A stretch of DNA of 64,000 nucleotides from Carcharhinus amblyrhynchos (Eukaryota). This document shows, piece after piece, positions 1 to 13,251 of the stretch. The DNA lies in the NCBI GenBank assembly GCA_965287045.1, contig OZ336880.1:10416001-10480000 (forward strand), read 5' to 3'. A program made the translations under genes and the position numbers. Under the pieces are notes generated by a model. It was not told the DNA's origin, made no database searches, and was given only the letters and a program-made list of their open reading frames with translations. The stretch's first letter is position 1. Each line of letters starts with the position of its first letter.

Positions 1-23
1 GCCGTATATCTCAATGACTTTAT

Positions 24-143
24 GGGTGGGATTTTTGGTCATGCTCATCCAATGCTGAAAATTCCCAGTGTCAATAGACCTTTGCATGATCCGTGTCCTG
101 CCCACTATGATTCCCGTGATGGGCAGGACGGGAAAATTCTGTC
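24..143. mobile_element. ~120-bp Harbinger-type MITE
   Basis: Imperfect TIRs gggtgggattttt / aaaattctgtc flanked by TAT on both sides; internal gtcaatagacct shared with the copy at 19824. Confidence 0.6.
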
Positions 144-1633
144 TATGATTCTATAAAGGGACAATCACAACAGCAGGTTTTAAATTTACTTTTCAGCTTC
201 CCTTTTGGGACACAAAGACTCCTCTGGGCCTCACAAGGAAATCTTCTGCCTTTTTTGTCCCTCCCTCAATCATAAAGAGAACTTTAATGAACACTTCTGA
301 TCACAGCAAGAATCTCCAATCATAGTCAAATCCTTGACTGAGGCCCCCTGCCAAAAAATGCGCATTCCCACTCACCAGCCAGTCTATCTCACAGGAGACT
401 GAAGTTTATTTAAGTGAAATTCTACCATTAAGATCATCAGAACTTAACTTCCCTGGTCTGACTGCACTTTTCCTGAGCTTCCCTGCATCAGCATCCTGTG
501 ACAGTGAATACGAACTTGACTTCTTTACCAATGAAAGAAAGTAGAAATTTGTACCTTATATGTGATGGTGAGACTCCTTGGTATAAATCTAAGAAACACA
601 TGCAGGTAAAATGACCCTCTGAAGCTCCTGAATTAAGTTAATAAGTTAAAAGTAACTGCAGGTTCCTATGCTGGTGAATAAAACAAGAAGTTTGTAGCCC
701 TGTATAATATTCTCACAAATGATATGTGGTTATAAAGAAGTTACTTGTTCAAAGTTAATATTAAAAATGGCACCATTTTGTATGTAAATTTATATCAAAC
801 ATTCCATTATTATATTGTTCTTTCTGATCCCTTGATAAATAGTTAGTGATAAGGCTTCACTGAAGCAGAGTAGCCTCAGCACTCCGATTTAAAAATAGCA
901 ATGTTAAAGCCAATATTGCACCATTTAAGGTGGCAATAATTAGAGTAGACCACAATATATGTCTCTTGTAGGTAGAGGTAACAAAATACCACTTGACATT
1001 TATACAGACTATTAAAAAAAAACTCACACCAAACAGAAAATCGTCACCTGAGGGGATGCTTTAATGAATTAAGTGAAGTTTTCTTCACTTTCCAGTTTTC
1101 TTACATGATCCAATATACACAAGCAGATTTATTGTATTAAAATTTGTTCCAGTAAATGCAGAAAATGTTCCAAGACTGTACCAGTAGAACATGGTGCAAG
1201 CAGTTGAAATGGATGCAGTGCCTATCTCCTTGCCCTATCTGGTGAAGGTACTTTGGATTGGACCTGCTTTCAGGCAGAGAACTCAAGAAGAAGAACATGC
1301 CTCACCTTTTTATTGTCCTTTTTATGGTTACTTAATTGTCATCTTTCACCTTGGAAGATGATACACTTCAACGAATCAGTCTCAGTTGTTTTTTTTTGCA
1401 CCATACATTTCATAGTTAATAAAAAAATTCAAGAAAAGTATCAGTTTTTCAGGTAAGAAGCAATTCACATTATAAAATGCAAATTAAGTTTGGTAAAATG
1501 TTGCCAAAATAAATCAATTTACCCCTGATAGAACTATTACTTCAACAATTGTTTGGACTGGGAGTGGAGATTGGCAGCAAGTCCACCTAAAGATGTGCAC
1601 ATTTTTGAATTTCTTTTCATGGTTTGTGACTTA

Positions 1634-2519
1634 GGGAATTATCTTACCTAAAAAATTCAATGTGCCGAACGAGTGTAAAAACGGGAGAGTTTCAGATCCA
1701 TTTCGAGGCCACAAGGGAAATCTTATGGCATTTAGTGCAAAAAAGTATGCAAGTTTGATTTCTGCCAGTAGAGATAGTGGACAGAGTCTATTCTCGCTGG
1801 AAAGCTGTCTCTTCATAGTAGAGAGCGCTATTGGTTGCACAGAACAAAGAGAAATCTGTCAGTCACACACCTCCCTGATATTGCATCCCCCAATTCCCCC
1901 ACCCTCACCTTATCGCACCCCAACCCTTCCCACCAGCCAATCACAACCCCTCACCCCAAGGTTGATCGACGCCCTGTCTGTTCGATGGTTGCAGGCCGTG
2001 CAGCACCCCACCCTCCTGTCTCCCTTTCGGCCCCATGCCATCATGGTCCTGCCCCTCTGCTTAGGCCCACACCATCATGATCCCACCCCTTGGCACTGCC
2101 TCATGCTTGTTGGGGAGTGCCAGGGTGCCCGATGGGCAGTGTCAGGGTGCCTGTTGTGCAGAGCCAGGCTGGCAATGCCAGGGTCCCAGGCTGGTAGTGC
2201 TAGGTTGGCATTGCCCAAGCAGCACAGCCCCCTTTCCCTGATTATCTTGGGGGGGGCCTCAATGGCTTTTGGTCTTATCAGCAAGGTCACCATCACAAGT
2301 CCCCATTGATGGCGACCATAAGCGTAGCGTGCCGGTGAGGACCTTCACCGGCAAAGCCATTAAGACAAGTGAGCCCTGACGATATAAATTTAATATATAG
2401 ATTTATATATTAAAATCAGCGTGATCACGCTGGAAACCTGATTGTTCACCTCTCACGAGATCTTACCAGCTTCCCCCCAACCCCCATCAACTGGTGTGAC
2501 AAGCCAGTAAGATTGCCCC
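1634..2519. mobile_element. Non-autonomous PIF/Harbinger element (~890 bp)
   Basis: TIRs gggaattatcttac / gtaagattgcccc with TTA and TAA flanks (Harbinger TWA target); C-rich interior and GGCANTGCC motifs as in 10617-11558. Confidence 0.75.
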
Positions 2520-3024
2520 TAATTTTAGAACAAATTAGAAGTTAAGTTTATCTTGGGCAGTAACAGAGAACAGGTAACAGCAAACCATCGGGTTCATGGG
2601 AAAGAAAATCAGACTGCCAATTCATTATCACCAGCTTTCCATGACCTCCAAGGTGAACTTCACCCCCATTGTGTGTTGTAAATGGCGAGCTACAATGAGA
2701 GTTTCAGTAGAGTTGTACTCTTGTTCGATATGTGTGCTTGAGAGCAAATCAAAGGTCAAATTTTACCGAATAGCTGATTTATTAATTGGATGGATATTCT
2801 TTTCACTTCTGTGACACATTACCAATGTGAAGTTTCAGTTCTAAATTTATATCGTTTTTCCAACCACTCGCCCCAATGATCTATAGCAATTGTACTTTTG
2901 TGGTCTGCAGGCTGCTCTCTTAATCATTTGTACAGTCAATGTTTCAGTATAGATGATTCATAAATATTCAATATATGTTGTTCTCATGAAAGAAAAGCTT
3001 TCTTATTTGTTTATAAATACATAA

Positions 3025-3400
3025 AGAAAGAACTTGCACTCATATCACGCTTTTCAGATTCTCAGGATGTCCCAAAGTGCTTTACAACTAATGAATTAGT
3101 TTTGACATGTAAATTATGTGAGCAGATGTGACAGCATCATAAAAACATTCCACATACAGCAATATTCATCTGTTTTGGTGGCACTGATTTATGGGAAAAA
3201 GTTGTTCAGAGCAAATTCATGGAATCTTTTACCTGATCAGGCAGATGGGGCCAAGTTTAAACACTCATCCAACAGACAGCATCCCCGACAGTTTAGCAGT
3301 GCTTCGTTTGCACTGGTTTGTCATCTTAGATTATGTACTGCCCTCCTGAAAATATCCTTGAATCCATTAGCTTTTGGCTTGGAGATGAGCTTTGGCTGAT
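3025..3400 (-). mobile_element. Old Deu-domain (SacSINE1-like) SINE
   Basis: Tail gaacttgcact...ggatgtcccaaagtgctttaca and core gcagatggggcc..gtttaa..ctcatcc..agacagca; similar to copies at 20.6, 34.8 and 47.0 kb. Confidence 0.6.
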
Positions 3401-3504
3401 ATAAAATATGTCATTCTGATTATGAGAAACCAGGTAGGTGATTTAAAACAACTTTTATATTGCACGGTTCATCTGAACAACATTTGCTGCTGGTATGTAC
3501 CTCA

Positions 3505-4215
3505 GGGGCATAATTTTGAGCCTGCACTGGCCATCAGCTTAAACTGTGACGTGGGCCCAAATTCTTGTGAGAGTCAGGAAATGAGATTCTTGCCGGCAAG
3601 ACCAGCCCCTTGCGGAGTATGGGACAGCGGGGCCTGCTGACTTACCAGGGACAAGGCCACACACTTAGGTGGTTCAGGGAAGACATGACTGCATATAGGG
3701 GTATTAGTAGAGAACACTATACCTCCAGATGACAGAGATTGAATGTCAGAAATCACTGTGTTTGTCCCAAGGGTCAGTGGACCATCTGTTCCAGATCATG
3801 CAGGCACCACATGGGTTGGGAGGTCACCCATAGCCTTGGTCCTGAAGGTCACAGCTGTGCTGAACTTCTATGTGAGTGGGTCATTTCACGGCTGCACTAG
3901 GAACCTCTGTGGCATATCCAAGTCCGCCACACTTAAGTGCATTAGGGAAGTGACTGGTGCGCTATTTACAAGGGCGAACCAAGACTCCAGGGCCATGGTG
4001 CTTTACTGCATAATTGGTTTGCCCCAAGTGCAGGGTCTGATTGACTGCATTGTTGTAGATTGGCATTCTCCATGGCGGTATGGGGTGCCTTTCATAAACT
4101 GCAAGGAATTCTATTCGCTGAATGCGCAGGTTGTGTGTGACCATGCAATGTGCATTATGCAGGTGTACCTCCTGTTTCCTGGGGAGTGTCCATGATTGTT
4201 ACACTCTTGAATGCA
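3505..4215 (+). pseudogene. Harbinger left end with degenerate HARBI1-like DDE transposase fragment
   Basis: TIR-like ggggcataatttt at 3505; ORF 3743-4195 has LKVTAVLNFYVSGSF, GLPQVQGLIDC and KEFYSLNAQVVCDH, matching Harbinger transposase motifs (GAIDCTH, NRKGxxSxNxQxVCD). Confidence 0.85.
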
Positions 4216-4837
4216 AACTCCCACTCGCCTCTTATTTTCCTGAACTTTTATTACATTTTCATGAACTTGCAGACATTTCCTGGTGTTCAGAACAGGCCTG
4301 AGATATTTATTAAGTGGCATCAATAAGTATATATTAAATTCAATGCAAAATATATAAACAAACTCAACGCTGATCACATAAGTAATAAAAGATTAATTTC
4401 CTGAAGATGATGTAACACCTTGTATGTATACTTAAACTGAAAATGCTAGCTGTTATTATTGATATTGTTCACAGTAAAACAGTTAATACACTTGTGCAGT
4501 GTTCCTATATTTATTATTTTAATGAAACTATTACCTGTTAATTTTAAATAGTAAGCTAAGTGCCATATTTAGGCCATAGTATATTTTTATTTGTTGTTTT
4601 CTTCATGGTACCTTTGGTATTAAAATTAAATCCACTTAAAAAGCCTGCCCGATTAATGCACAATCTTTAGGAGTGGATTTTTGTTTCAGTTATCCAAATA
4701 TAAATGAATATAATAATACTCTAATTTGCATCCTTTTTGACTGTGCTTTGTTGAGTGATTTGAATGGGGTTAGTACAAGTTAGAACAATTACATAATTCC
4801 AGGACCTTGGAACTCAGGTTGCTTAGCTTTGGCATCC

Positions 4838-5120
4838 TTTAAAGTTTACTTGTTAGTGTCATAATAGGCTTACATTAACACTGCAATGAACTTACTGTGA
4901 AAATTCCTTAGTTGCCACACTCCAACACCTGTTTGGGTATACTGAGGGGGAATTTGACATGGCCAATGCGCCTAACCAGCATCTTTAAGATAAAACCAGA
5001 GCACTCAGAAAAACCCCACACTGACACGGGGAGAACATGCAGACTCCTCACAGACAGTGACTCAAGCCGGGAATTGAACCCTGGCACTGTGAGACAGCAG
5101 TGCTAGCCACTGTGCAGCCC
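4838..5120 (-). mobile_element. HE1/V-SINE-type tRNA-derived SINE
   Basis: Reverse complement of the 34462-34768 copy; B-box gggttcaattcc on the minus strand and the same 3' tail. Confidence 0.85.
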
Positions 5121-5211
5121 TTTTTAAATCAAATCCTGGCCATTTGTCAGCCTAATATAATCACAAGAGGCACAGATGTGATTCCCTTTGGAATTCAAAG
5201 GAATTACGTAT

Positions 5212-5291
5212 GAACATACTTAGGAATTAAGAGCAGTTGTCGGCCAGATGGCCTCTCAAGTCTAATCTGCCATTCAATAAGATCATGGCTG
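5212..5291 (-). mobile_element. CR1 3' tail fragment
   Basis: gccattcaataagatcatggctg is identical to the 3' UTR of the CR1 copies at 22.7, 29.7 and 51.4 kb. Confidence 0.7.
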
Positions 5292-6799
5292 GATTATTAT
5301 GTATATGCCCAATTCAGCAATCTTCCTAAAGCCATAAACAGAGAGAGGCAGGAGGCTATGTGCAGAATTCTCCTAAGTCCCTGATAATGTGTTTCATAAT
5401 GGCTCTGGTGAGAAAATATAGTGAGAGGGAAAAAAACAGGTTTCATGCTGGAATGAATTTGCAGTGAGATCTTCCATTAGTACCCATCATGGAGGGTCAA
5501 AAAACCTGCCAGAGGATGGCGTGAATCCCATTTGCATGCCATTAATAGGTTGTAGGTTCCCAGCAATGCTGGCATGAAACATGTTCATACAATACGGCAT
5601 TCAGATGTCAGGACTCACCTAAACAATGTCTGGAGTTATCTTTGGAGATCAGAATGGAGGTTGCCCACACCCTTGGATCCTGGCACACCACAGTAGGGGG
5701 ACGGGGACACATCTGCAGATGGACCTTCCAGATCAGGTGTCCTCGAAGGGTCTATCTACCTGTTATGTTTCTGAAAATCCATCATTGTTTTCAGGAGGTC
5801 CATCTTCCAGTTTCAGTGCACCTCGGAAGTACCCAGAAGATCAGTCTTTTTCAGAGATTCACCTTTCTTCTTTAGTTATAATGTTGGATGCCTTTTCAGT
5901 TTGACACCTGGACATCATGGCAGACTACACATCATTCAGACTTGCCCCACCATTGAATACAGCATGAAACACCCAGGTGCTTGCCTGCAAAGCAGTAAAG
6001 TTGGCTGGAAACCAACTTAATGTGTGCCACCCCACAGCCATACCATGCTGAGGGCAAATCCACTCTTGGGAGCAGCCAGACAATCCGACCAGCTGGTAGC
6101 TCGATCACTCCTGGCAGCACCAGAGCTGAGTATTGGGCATTACCAGGCCTGCAGGAAAAAGCCCGAAGAGGAACATGGTTGCCCTGAAAAAGTATCGAGT
6201 TCCAGAGTTTTAGGAGAGGGAGGGATCCCAGACGGTTGCGAGGCCGGGTTATGTTGGTTGGGAGGCAACAATGTCTTGAGGGTGCCCCCAATGTACATAG
6301 GCAACTCTCCAATTGAGGTTCCCCTTATCTTCCAACTTTTCTTCATGTAGACCTTTATAAACAGCCTGCCCACTGCCCAAACTAAATGTGTTATGGATTC
6401 AACAAGGCTAAGACTCATTTGCTTTTCTTCTACCACAAGTAATTAACACTCACTGACTAGAATCATACACAAATGTGGATGATATAATAAAGAGGCCATT
6501 CTCGAGCTATGGATAGGGAAGAAACCACAATATTATTAAAATCATTCACATCGTTGCAGAAGACATTTGGTTTGAAACTTACTTCCACTGGGTGGGCATG
6601 CCATTACCCAGAAGACTGTGAAATAGTGCATGATGACTTCGGGCATGCATTCTGATTCAGCAAAGGCACAGAGTTGTATGTGCCTACTGGCGATTAAAGG
6701 GTTGATTAAGAGAATTAAGCCTCATGAGCTAACCTGCTGATGGGTAGTCTATATTCAGCAAGGAGCATGTTCACTGAGGAGGAGGGGCAGAGAATGTAA

Positions 6800-7843
6800 A
6801 TATTGAGGAGGCCAGATGGTCGCAGGCATATTCCTCAGGCAAAAGTCCACAAACAGGATGATCAGGGTCATCAGAGAGGGCAAGGAAACCAACCTCAAGA
6901 AGATGCCACTACCCTGCTGCTCAAGTGTACAGAGTCTGGTTCTCACATCTGCCACATGATTGGGCCTGAAATAGCTTCTAATTATGTTGCTCTAAAGGTG
7001 ACAGTGATACTCAATTTCTATGCCACCGATCCTTCCAGGGTGCTGTAGATGATCCTGGTGGAGTCTCAGTCTGCTGCACGCAGTTGTATCAAGCTGGTCA
7101 CTGATGCACTGTTCTGGCTTGTAAGCAGATGTATCAATTTCAGGACTGACCAGACCAGCCACGTTGAGAGGGCAAGAGATTTCTCTGCCATTGCAGGGTC
7201 CCCTGCATCCATGGAGCCATTGATTGTACTCATTTGGCCATCAAGGCACCAGCTGGTCAGCTGGGAACTTTTGTCAACAGGAAGAGCTTTCACTCAATAA
7301 ACTGTCAGATTGTGTGTGACAATAGGACTCCCATTCTGCAGACAGTAGTACTCATGATCCATACATTCTTTGTCATTTGTGGGTACTCAGGCTCTTTGCA
7401 GCTCCTGCTCAGCTAGATGGGTGGTTGATTGGAGACAAGGGTTACCAACTGAAAAGGTGGTTGATGGCACCTTTCAGGTAACTAAGGACAGATGCAGAAG
7501 AATGATACAACCATTGCCATGTATCAATTAGGGCAGTGGTGAAAAGGACCATTAGCTGCTAAAGATATGTTTCAGATGTCTTGATTGACCTGGGGGGTGC
7601 CGTGCAGTCCCAACTTGAGCATGTGCTGCTCATTGTGGTAGTTTGCTGTACAATGTACAATCTGGCTGTTTCCAGCAGGGAGCATCTTGAGAAGGATAAT
7701 GATGAAATGGCTTTAGCCCCACACAAGGACACAAACAAGGGCTCCAATGCTAATGAGGGCAACCAGAAGGTGAGGCCGATGATGAAATGTGGATCTTCCA
7801 GGGAGGGCAGGGCCAGAGACTGATTCAGCAATCTTTCCGATAG
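6800..7843 (+). pseudogene. HARBI1-like DDE transposase, frameshifted
   Basis: VALKVTVILNFYA, GAIDCTHLAIKAP (~7213), FVNRKSFHSINCQIVCD, GDKGY (~7431) and VVVCCTMYNLA, spread over several frames with stops. Confidence 0.9.
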
Positions 7844-8099
7844 GCTGGCTTGCCACATCACCCGTAGGAAATAACATCCTCTCAGATACATAGCACTCTT
7901 CCATTCCATAAGGCTACCACCACCGAATAAAATTTGAAACCCTATACATTTCTGATCAGGAAATAGCAAGTCTGACACCAGTGCAGCGCACAGAAACACA
8001 TCTGGAGTGAACTATTGAATATATTAAAGATAACAAATTAAGGGAATAGCAAACAGAACTTTGATGCAAGTGAATAATTAACACAAAATCTAGATCATC

Positions 8100-9790
8100 C
8101 AGTTAGAATCGCTGCTTGTGTCAAGTATGTCTTCAATTTTTGTTTTTGGGCGTCCTCTGGTCAACGGGGCCTGAGCAAGCCTTGCCTGGGAAGGTTCATT
8201 GGACAGCATTACCAGGCACCCCTCAGTCATCACACTTACCTGGCAAAGAGATTGAGGATCTGGAGCCCTCACTCAGGGCTCCATGAGAGAATTCCACAGA
8301 GATAGCAAACACCTTGACCACCATTCTGAAGTGTCCTCACCTCCCTGCTTGCCAATGAACAATGGCCAACAATCGGTAGAACAGATTGGCAGCTCCTTTT
8401 CCCACACTGGCAAAGACCTTCTGAGGTCAGTGCCTTTGTGAGATCTTGCAGGTCTGTGTGCAATCAAACATATGCGTCATTGCTCTCCTGGAGTTGTCTC
8501 TTCTTGAGAGTCATACTCTCTCCATGGAGAAAGCTATGTGCCTAGAGCTCAGGGTCACCGAAGTGCTCATGCTGTACATGGACTCCCCCATGACAGAGAC
8601 CATGGCACACAGACCTACATGTATCTCTTCCAGATCACACTGCGCATCCCACTGCACATCCAGCATTTGCCATCTTATGAATGATTCCAAAGGCTCATCA
8701 TCTCCCCTTGACCTATAATAGCCCTTGTCCCCAGCAGTCATCCGATTACTGTCACTCTGGATGCTCTGCCATTGCCCATGTGAGCAAAAAGTGCCCTCAC
8801 CTCTGTGCACTACCACCTATCCTGACACATTAATGGCCACTGATATGCATGATTCTGTGCTAGTGCAGGGTGGTGAGAGATGGTATGCCACAAGTGGTGT
8901 CTTTCGTGTCAAAGCAGGGGAAAGGGTAATCTGCCTGCTGGCTGTGATGATGGATGGATCATCTGAGTGATGAAAACGAGGGTGAGCTTCAATATTCAGA
9001 TTACAGAGCTTGACATCTCATTACATGCTTGCACAGGCAATGAGCCTAAGCTGAAAGTCGAGTTCGTAATACCTGGCTCAAAACTAAAGTTGCTCTGATG
9101 GAGCGGAGCCTCCATCTGGAGGGAGCCTCCCTCAGTCTGAATGGTACACATTGCTCAATGGGCATTTATCTTCCACATGGATGCCAGCCTTTCTGCAACT
9201 TGATGATTATTCCACCCTCCTCCCTTCCTCCAGATCCAGGGCTGCAGATCATGATTGGTGAGGATCACCAGGTCCAGAACTCCCCACCAGTGGCAGATCA
9301 CTCCCAGTTGTTTTGGCTGCATTTCTTCTGCAAGTAAGTATAGAGCTCCAATAAATGCTGTGACCTTAAACCATGTTGCCCCCCTCCAACTCTAAACATC
9401 CCCGGAAAAGTCTGAGAGTATAGCCACTTCTTCGACACCTGAATATTTGATGGACCAGAGGCTGATGAATGGTCTCTCCTGTCTTAGGATGCTCAGGCAC
9501 ATGGCAATCTGAGAGTACATGAAATCCATACACTTTATCACAACCACTTCCTCAGTGCCCAGTTCACCAAAATGCCCACTCAGTACTCACCTGTGCCAAG
9601 CACAAAAGGTCATTAAAACTTTACAGCACTAGATCCTTTTGTCATGACATGACTGGCATTCTTCTGCAGCCTGTGGAGGCCACTTTTGAAATTCACAAAG
9701 GGCTGCCATATGACATGGCACCACTATGTGGCCACCTCCACTGGTCCTGCTCCAACAATGTGAACAGGAATCTCAATGTTTAGTTACTTC
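8100..9790 (-). pseudogene. Harbinger Myb/SANT-like DNA-binding protein gene remnant (multi-exon)
   Basis: Minus strand reads CCKV..NDLL, then a GTGAGT donor at 9590; acceptor ttgcag at 9328 followed by KKCSQNNWE*SATGG (KxAHNxxERxxTGGG-like); downstream extent approximate. Confidence 0.65.
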
Positions 9791-10616
9791 TGGGCAGAAC
9801 TGAGATTTGAGGTTGCTTCTGGTTCCACCCAGCGATCGCATATGTCTTGCGTTAAATTCTATCCTTTGTAAAAATCAGAAGACAAGTTGTTGGGAAGAAG
9901 CTAATATGAACTGGTAAATTATAAGCTTTTCAACACACAAAGAATGGCAGCAGTTTTTGAACAATTTATAACTAGATTATGCTCATTAATATAATTTCAT
10001 TTTCAAACTGATATTCAGCAACACAAATCTATTGGAATCAAATCGTGCAGCTATCATTAAAATTGTGTTATTTTGTAAATGATGAAGGGGTAAAATGAAC
10101 GGATAAATGAAGCTGCAGTGTCAGCATTCATGTAACACTGGGTGGCTCATTGGTTTCTGATAACTTACATTTTGTGTCAGAAAAATAGGTTTGAAAGTTG
10201 CAAATTTTTGTTCTGAAGAATACTACAATATTTACCTTTTTATTTCAAACTGGATTAAGTGTTCTTTCACCATAACTTTTTCTTAGTAATGTCAGAATAA
10301 TTCAGAGTTTTGAAATGTCCAACTGGTGAAAATGTCACATTGATGGTGGCAAAATACAAGCAGCCGAATAATATGCACCTGTAACAATGAACCCTTAAAA
10401 TATCTGAAGCAGTTGGTTAGTTAACTGGCACAAATATTGAAAAGTTCATGAATGGACAGTTCAATATACGTGGTCAATGACTCAGTGAAATTTGAAATAA
10501 TGTCAGTTTATCAAGCAGTCTTTGCTGCTGCAAAATATCGTGTACCACCCTAAATTGTAATATCACTTGTTTGAAAGATAACTAAATATCTGGATGTTAA
10601 TGCTGAGAAACATTTT

Positions 10617-11558
10617 GGGGGCGATTCTCCCCAAAAAACTAAGTGCCCAACCAGCAGAAATACGGAAGTGTGCCAGGGTGTTTTTTGGTGGAGCTGAGTA
10701 GAATGAATGTCTGGGACTCTGAGCTCCTAATGTGATTCACTCCGTTGGGGGTGCACTTGTTTGAGAGGCTTGAATCAGCACATGAGTGGGCCACTATACA
10801 TGGTCCAACCTGTCAGTAGGGAGATTGGCCCTGCTGAGTGCTGGCCTCCATGACCCTCCCCATCCCCCCGATCGCAGGCTTCCAGGACCTCCCACCCCCA
10901 TGTCCAGACCAACTCCCCTCGCTTGTCCAGCCCCGATCACCCCCACGACTAGCCCTAAATGCCTCCCCTCCCCACGTCCAACCCCAATCAACTGCCCATG
11001 GCCAGTCCCGATTGCCCCCTGCCCATGTCCAGCATCAATCGATCCTTTCCCTCCCAACTATACCAGTCCCAAATGCAGAGTGCTCAGCAGGATCCCCCCC
11101 GCCATCAGCTCACCTCCCAGTTGGTCCTGCTGTTTGGCACTGCCCGGTGCCTGAAGGGCAGTGCCAGGGTGCCAGGCTGATACTGCCTAAAGTGCACTCC
11201 CTACCCCTGACCTCCCACAGGGGCCTCAAAGGCCTCTGTTCCCAACAGCGGATTGGTCCTCTTTGATGGGGAACTGCTTTAATCTCCGCTGGTGGTAGCC
11301 TTTTCCGGCGTGGTGGGAGACATTTGCGAGCCTGGAGCATACCATCCCAGGGTCACTAATGATGTGGAAATTCAGATTTTCATATGTTAATCAATCTCAC
11401 ACTGATTTCCAGCATGACGCTGATTACGTTATAAAAATTGCCAAGGGGAGTTGTGATCGGTTGGACACCAGTTGCGAATCCCACTATGGGCTCCCCGCTG
11501 ATACCTCCCAGCCGACTGTGCTACTAGGGCAATGCAGTAGGCTGGGGGAATCGCCCCC
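10617..11558. mobile_element. Non-autonomous Harbinger element (~940 bp)
   Basis: Inverted ends ttttgggggcgattctcccc / gggggaatcgcccccaaaa; interior homologous to 1634-2519. Confidence 0.85.
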
Positions 11559-12190
11559 AAAATTTAAGACTATATTTAAAAACTAATGCTACCCACTCTG
11601 GTCCGGTTGGCCACAGCACACATTTTATGGTAACAAGCCTAATTACCTAATTACCCTTGATTACCTATTTAAATATGGTGGCCTGGCATTAGGTGTATTA
11701 TGGGGGTGAGCTCAGGGATGGGTGGGAAAGTGTTGGGTTTGGCAAACACACACTGATTTATGAGCTGCCCTGACTGGAAATACTCTGAGTGGTCAATTCC
11801 ATTGCAGTGGTAGGCACACCATAACCCTCTGGAATTTTTATGGAGTCAGGCTCCAGGGTTCACAGCCCATCAAAGAAATTGTGAACCATAGTCTGAGTTC
11901 TGGAACCTTTTGAGAGGTAAGTTTGAAAGGACTGATTTACGCATGCCTCCCATGACCCTTCAATACTCTCTATGTTCTCCAGGGCCTCCATGACCCAAGT
12001 GCCACCACCAGGCCCATTCATGTGGCATACATTATATTGAGAACCAATGAGCCACACAACTACAGTGGCAAATAATCTGATCTGCAAAAAAACTGCTGTT
12101 CTTGTAATACTATAAAAACTGCGTGTAATAGGGCCAGGTTAACTATGGGGTGTCTGCTGAGTCATGAAATTTTCTGGCTTAAGCTACTCA

Positions 12191-12335
12191 CCTTGTTGGC
12201 AAAAATCGACCTGCTATCTTTTGATGGAAATGCCAAACAACCTGCTTTGTCAACCTGCTCACGCAGATGTAATAAATTCCATGGCGCAGTTGCTAGTGTA
12301 TTGGTCAACATTTCTCCCATATTTCGTATGCATCT
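12191..12335 (-). other. Candidate host exon (unidentified)
   Basis: Unique-looking sequence; acceptor attag, strong donor AAG|GTGAGT at 12190; one open frame CIRNMGEMLTNTLATAPWNLLHLREQVDKAGCLAFPSKDSRSIFANK; no family recognised. Confidence 0.3.
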
Positions 12336-13251
12336 AATCATACCAAAATAGATAAATTTATCATTCATTTAATTTGCTGTTTCCCAACATAGAAATGGTG
12401 ATTGTAAACCCCTTTTTAGGAAGTCCTGAGTGTGGGGAATGAAAATTATTTATTTTATATATCACTACCCAGAACAGAACTTTAATTAATTTTAAATCTA
12501 AAGGAAATGTAATTAGATATTTCAGCTCAAATCATTTGAGACGAAGGCCTAGTTTGAGGTTTAAGAAGAATGAAACCACCCACTATCAACTTGAAACCTC
12601 AAATTTAAATGTATCATATTTTAAAATTATTTTTGTAACAAAAAATTAATTTAGTTGAATGACACAGGTTTTTAGAAATAATCTTTAAAATTTGAAAAAC
12701 CATAATCATATTCATATTTTAGCACCAATTGATTACAATGTAATGTGGTATCTTTATGCAATATTAAACCAAAGCGTTTAAATTTTGGTGTAATGGTCTA
12801 AAGTAGTAAACCACATTTTATCTACGTCAGTATCTCCAAAAATGTATGTTGAAATTTCAGTTAGGAGCTAGTCAAACAAAATCAGAATTTTAAATAAATA
12901 TATAAATTCCTTTGTAGATGCAAATAGCCTCAATGCAATTTGCGTTTCTGCCGCTAAAGGTATGCAATAACTTGTACGTTTAATTGTTTTGTTGTCTTAT
13001 TTATTCTCATCATAACCAAAGCAGGACAGTGAGATTATGTTTGAATTGCTCCAGAACAAAATTGTCGGAGATACATTGGACTGAGTGACATTTTCCTATT
13101 CTATAAGTTATCATTATATTGTTTACCTGAGGCTGCCTTGATATTCCTCATTTTGATGACCAGCATTTTCCCAATTGCTGTATTTTCTAGTAATTTGTCT
13201 AAAAACACTTCACCTCCATTTTTTTCAGAAAATCAATTAGAAAAAGATGAG

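Larger units (their letters stand above)
5360..9864 (+). mobile_element. Degenerate autonomous-type PIF/Harbinger transposon (transposase + convergent Myb/SANT gene)
   Basis: Both Harbinger genes present in convergent orientation; weak TIR-like ends gtgcagaattctcc / gttaaattctatcc (boundaries tentative). Confidence 0.7.

Noticed and set aside
1105-1235. Minus-strand exon GKEIGTASISTACTMFYWYSLGTF...
   Set aside because: Open frame and a GTAAG donor, but a weak acceptor and no recognisable protein
1662-2309. 215-aa Pro-rich ORF and similar Pro/Gly-rich ORFs at 10.8-11.3, 13.3-14.1 and 14.5-14.9 kb
   Set aside because: By-products of C/G-rich MITE interiors; no domain, and not conserved in frame between related copies
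6800-7843. Domesticated host HARBI1 gene (also 3743-4195 and 63539-64000)
   Set aside because: Multiple frameshifts and stops, TIR context and several divergent copies indicate decayed transposons
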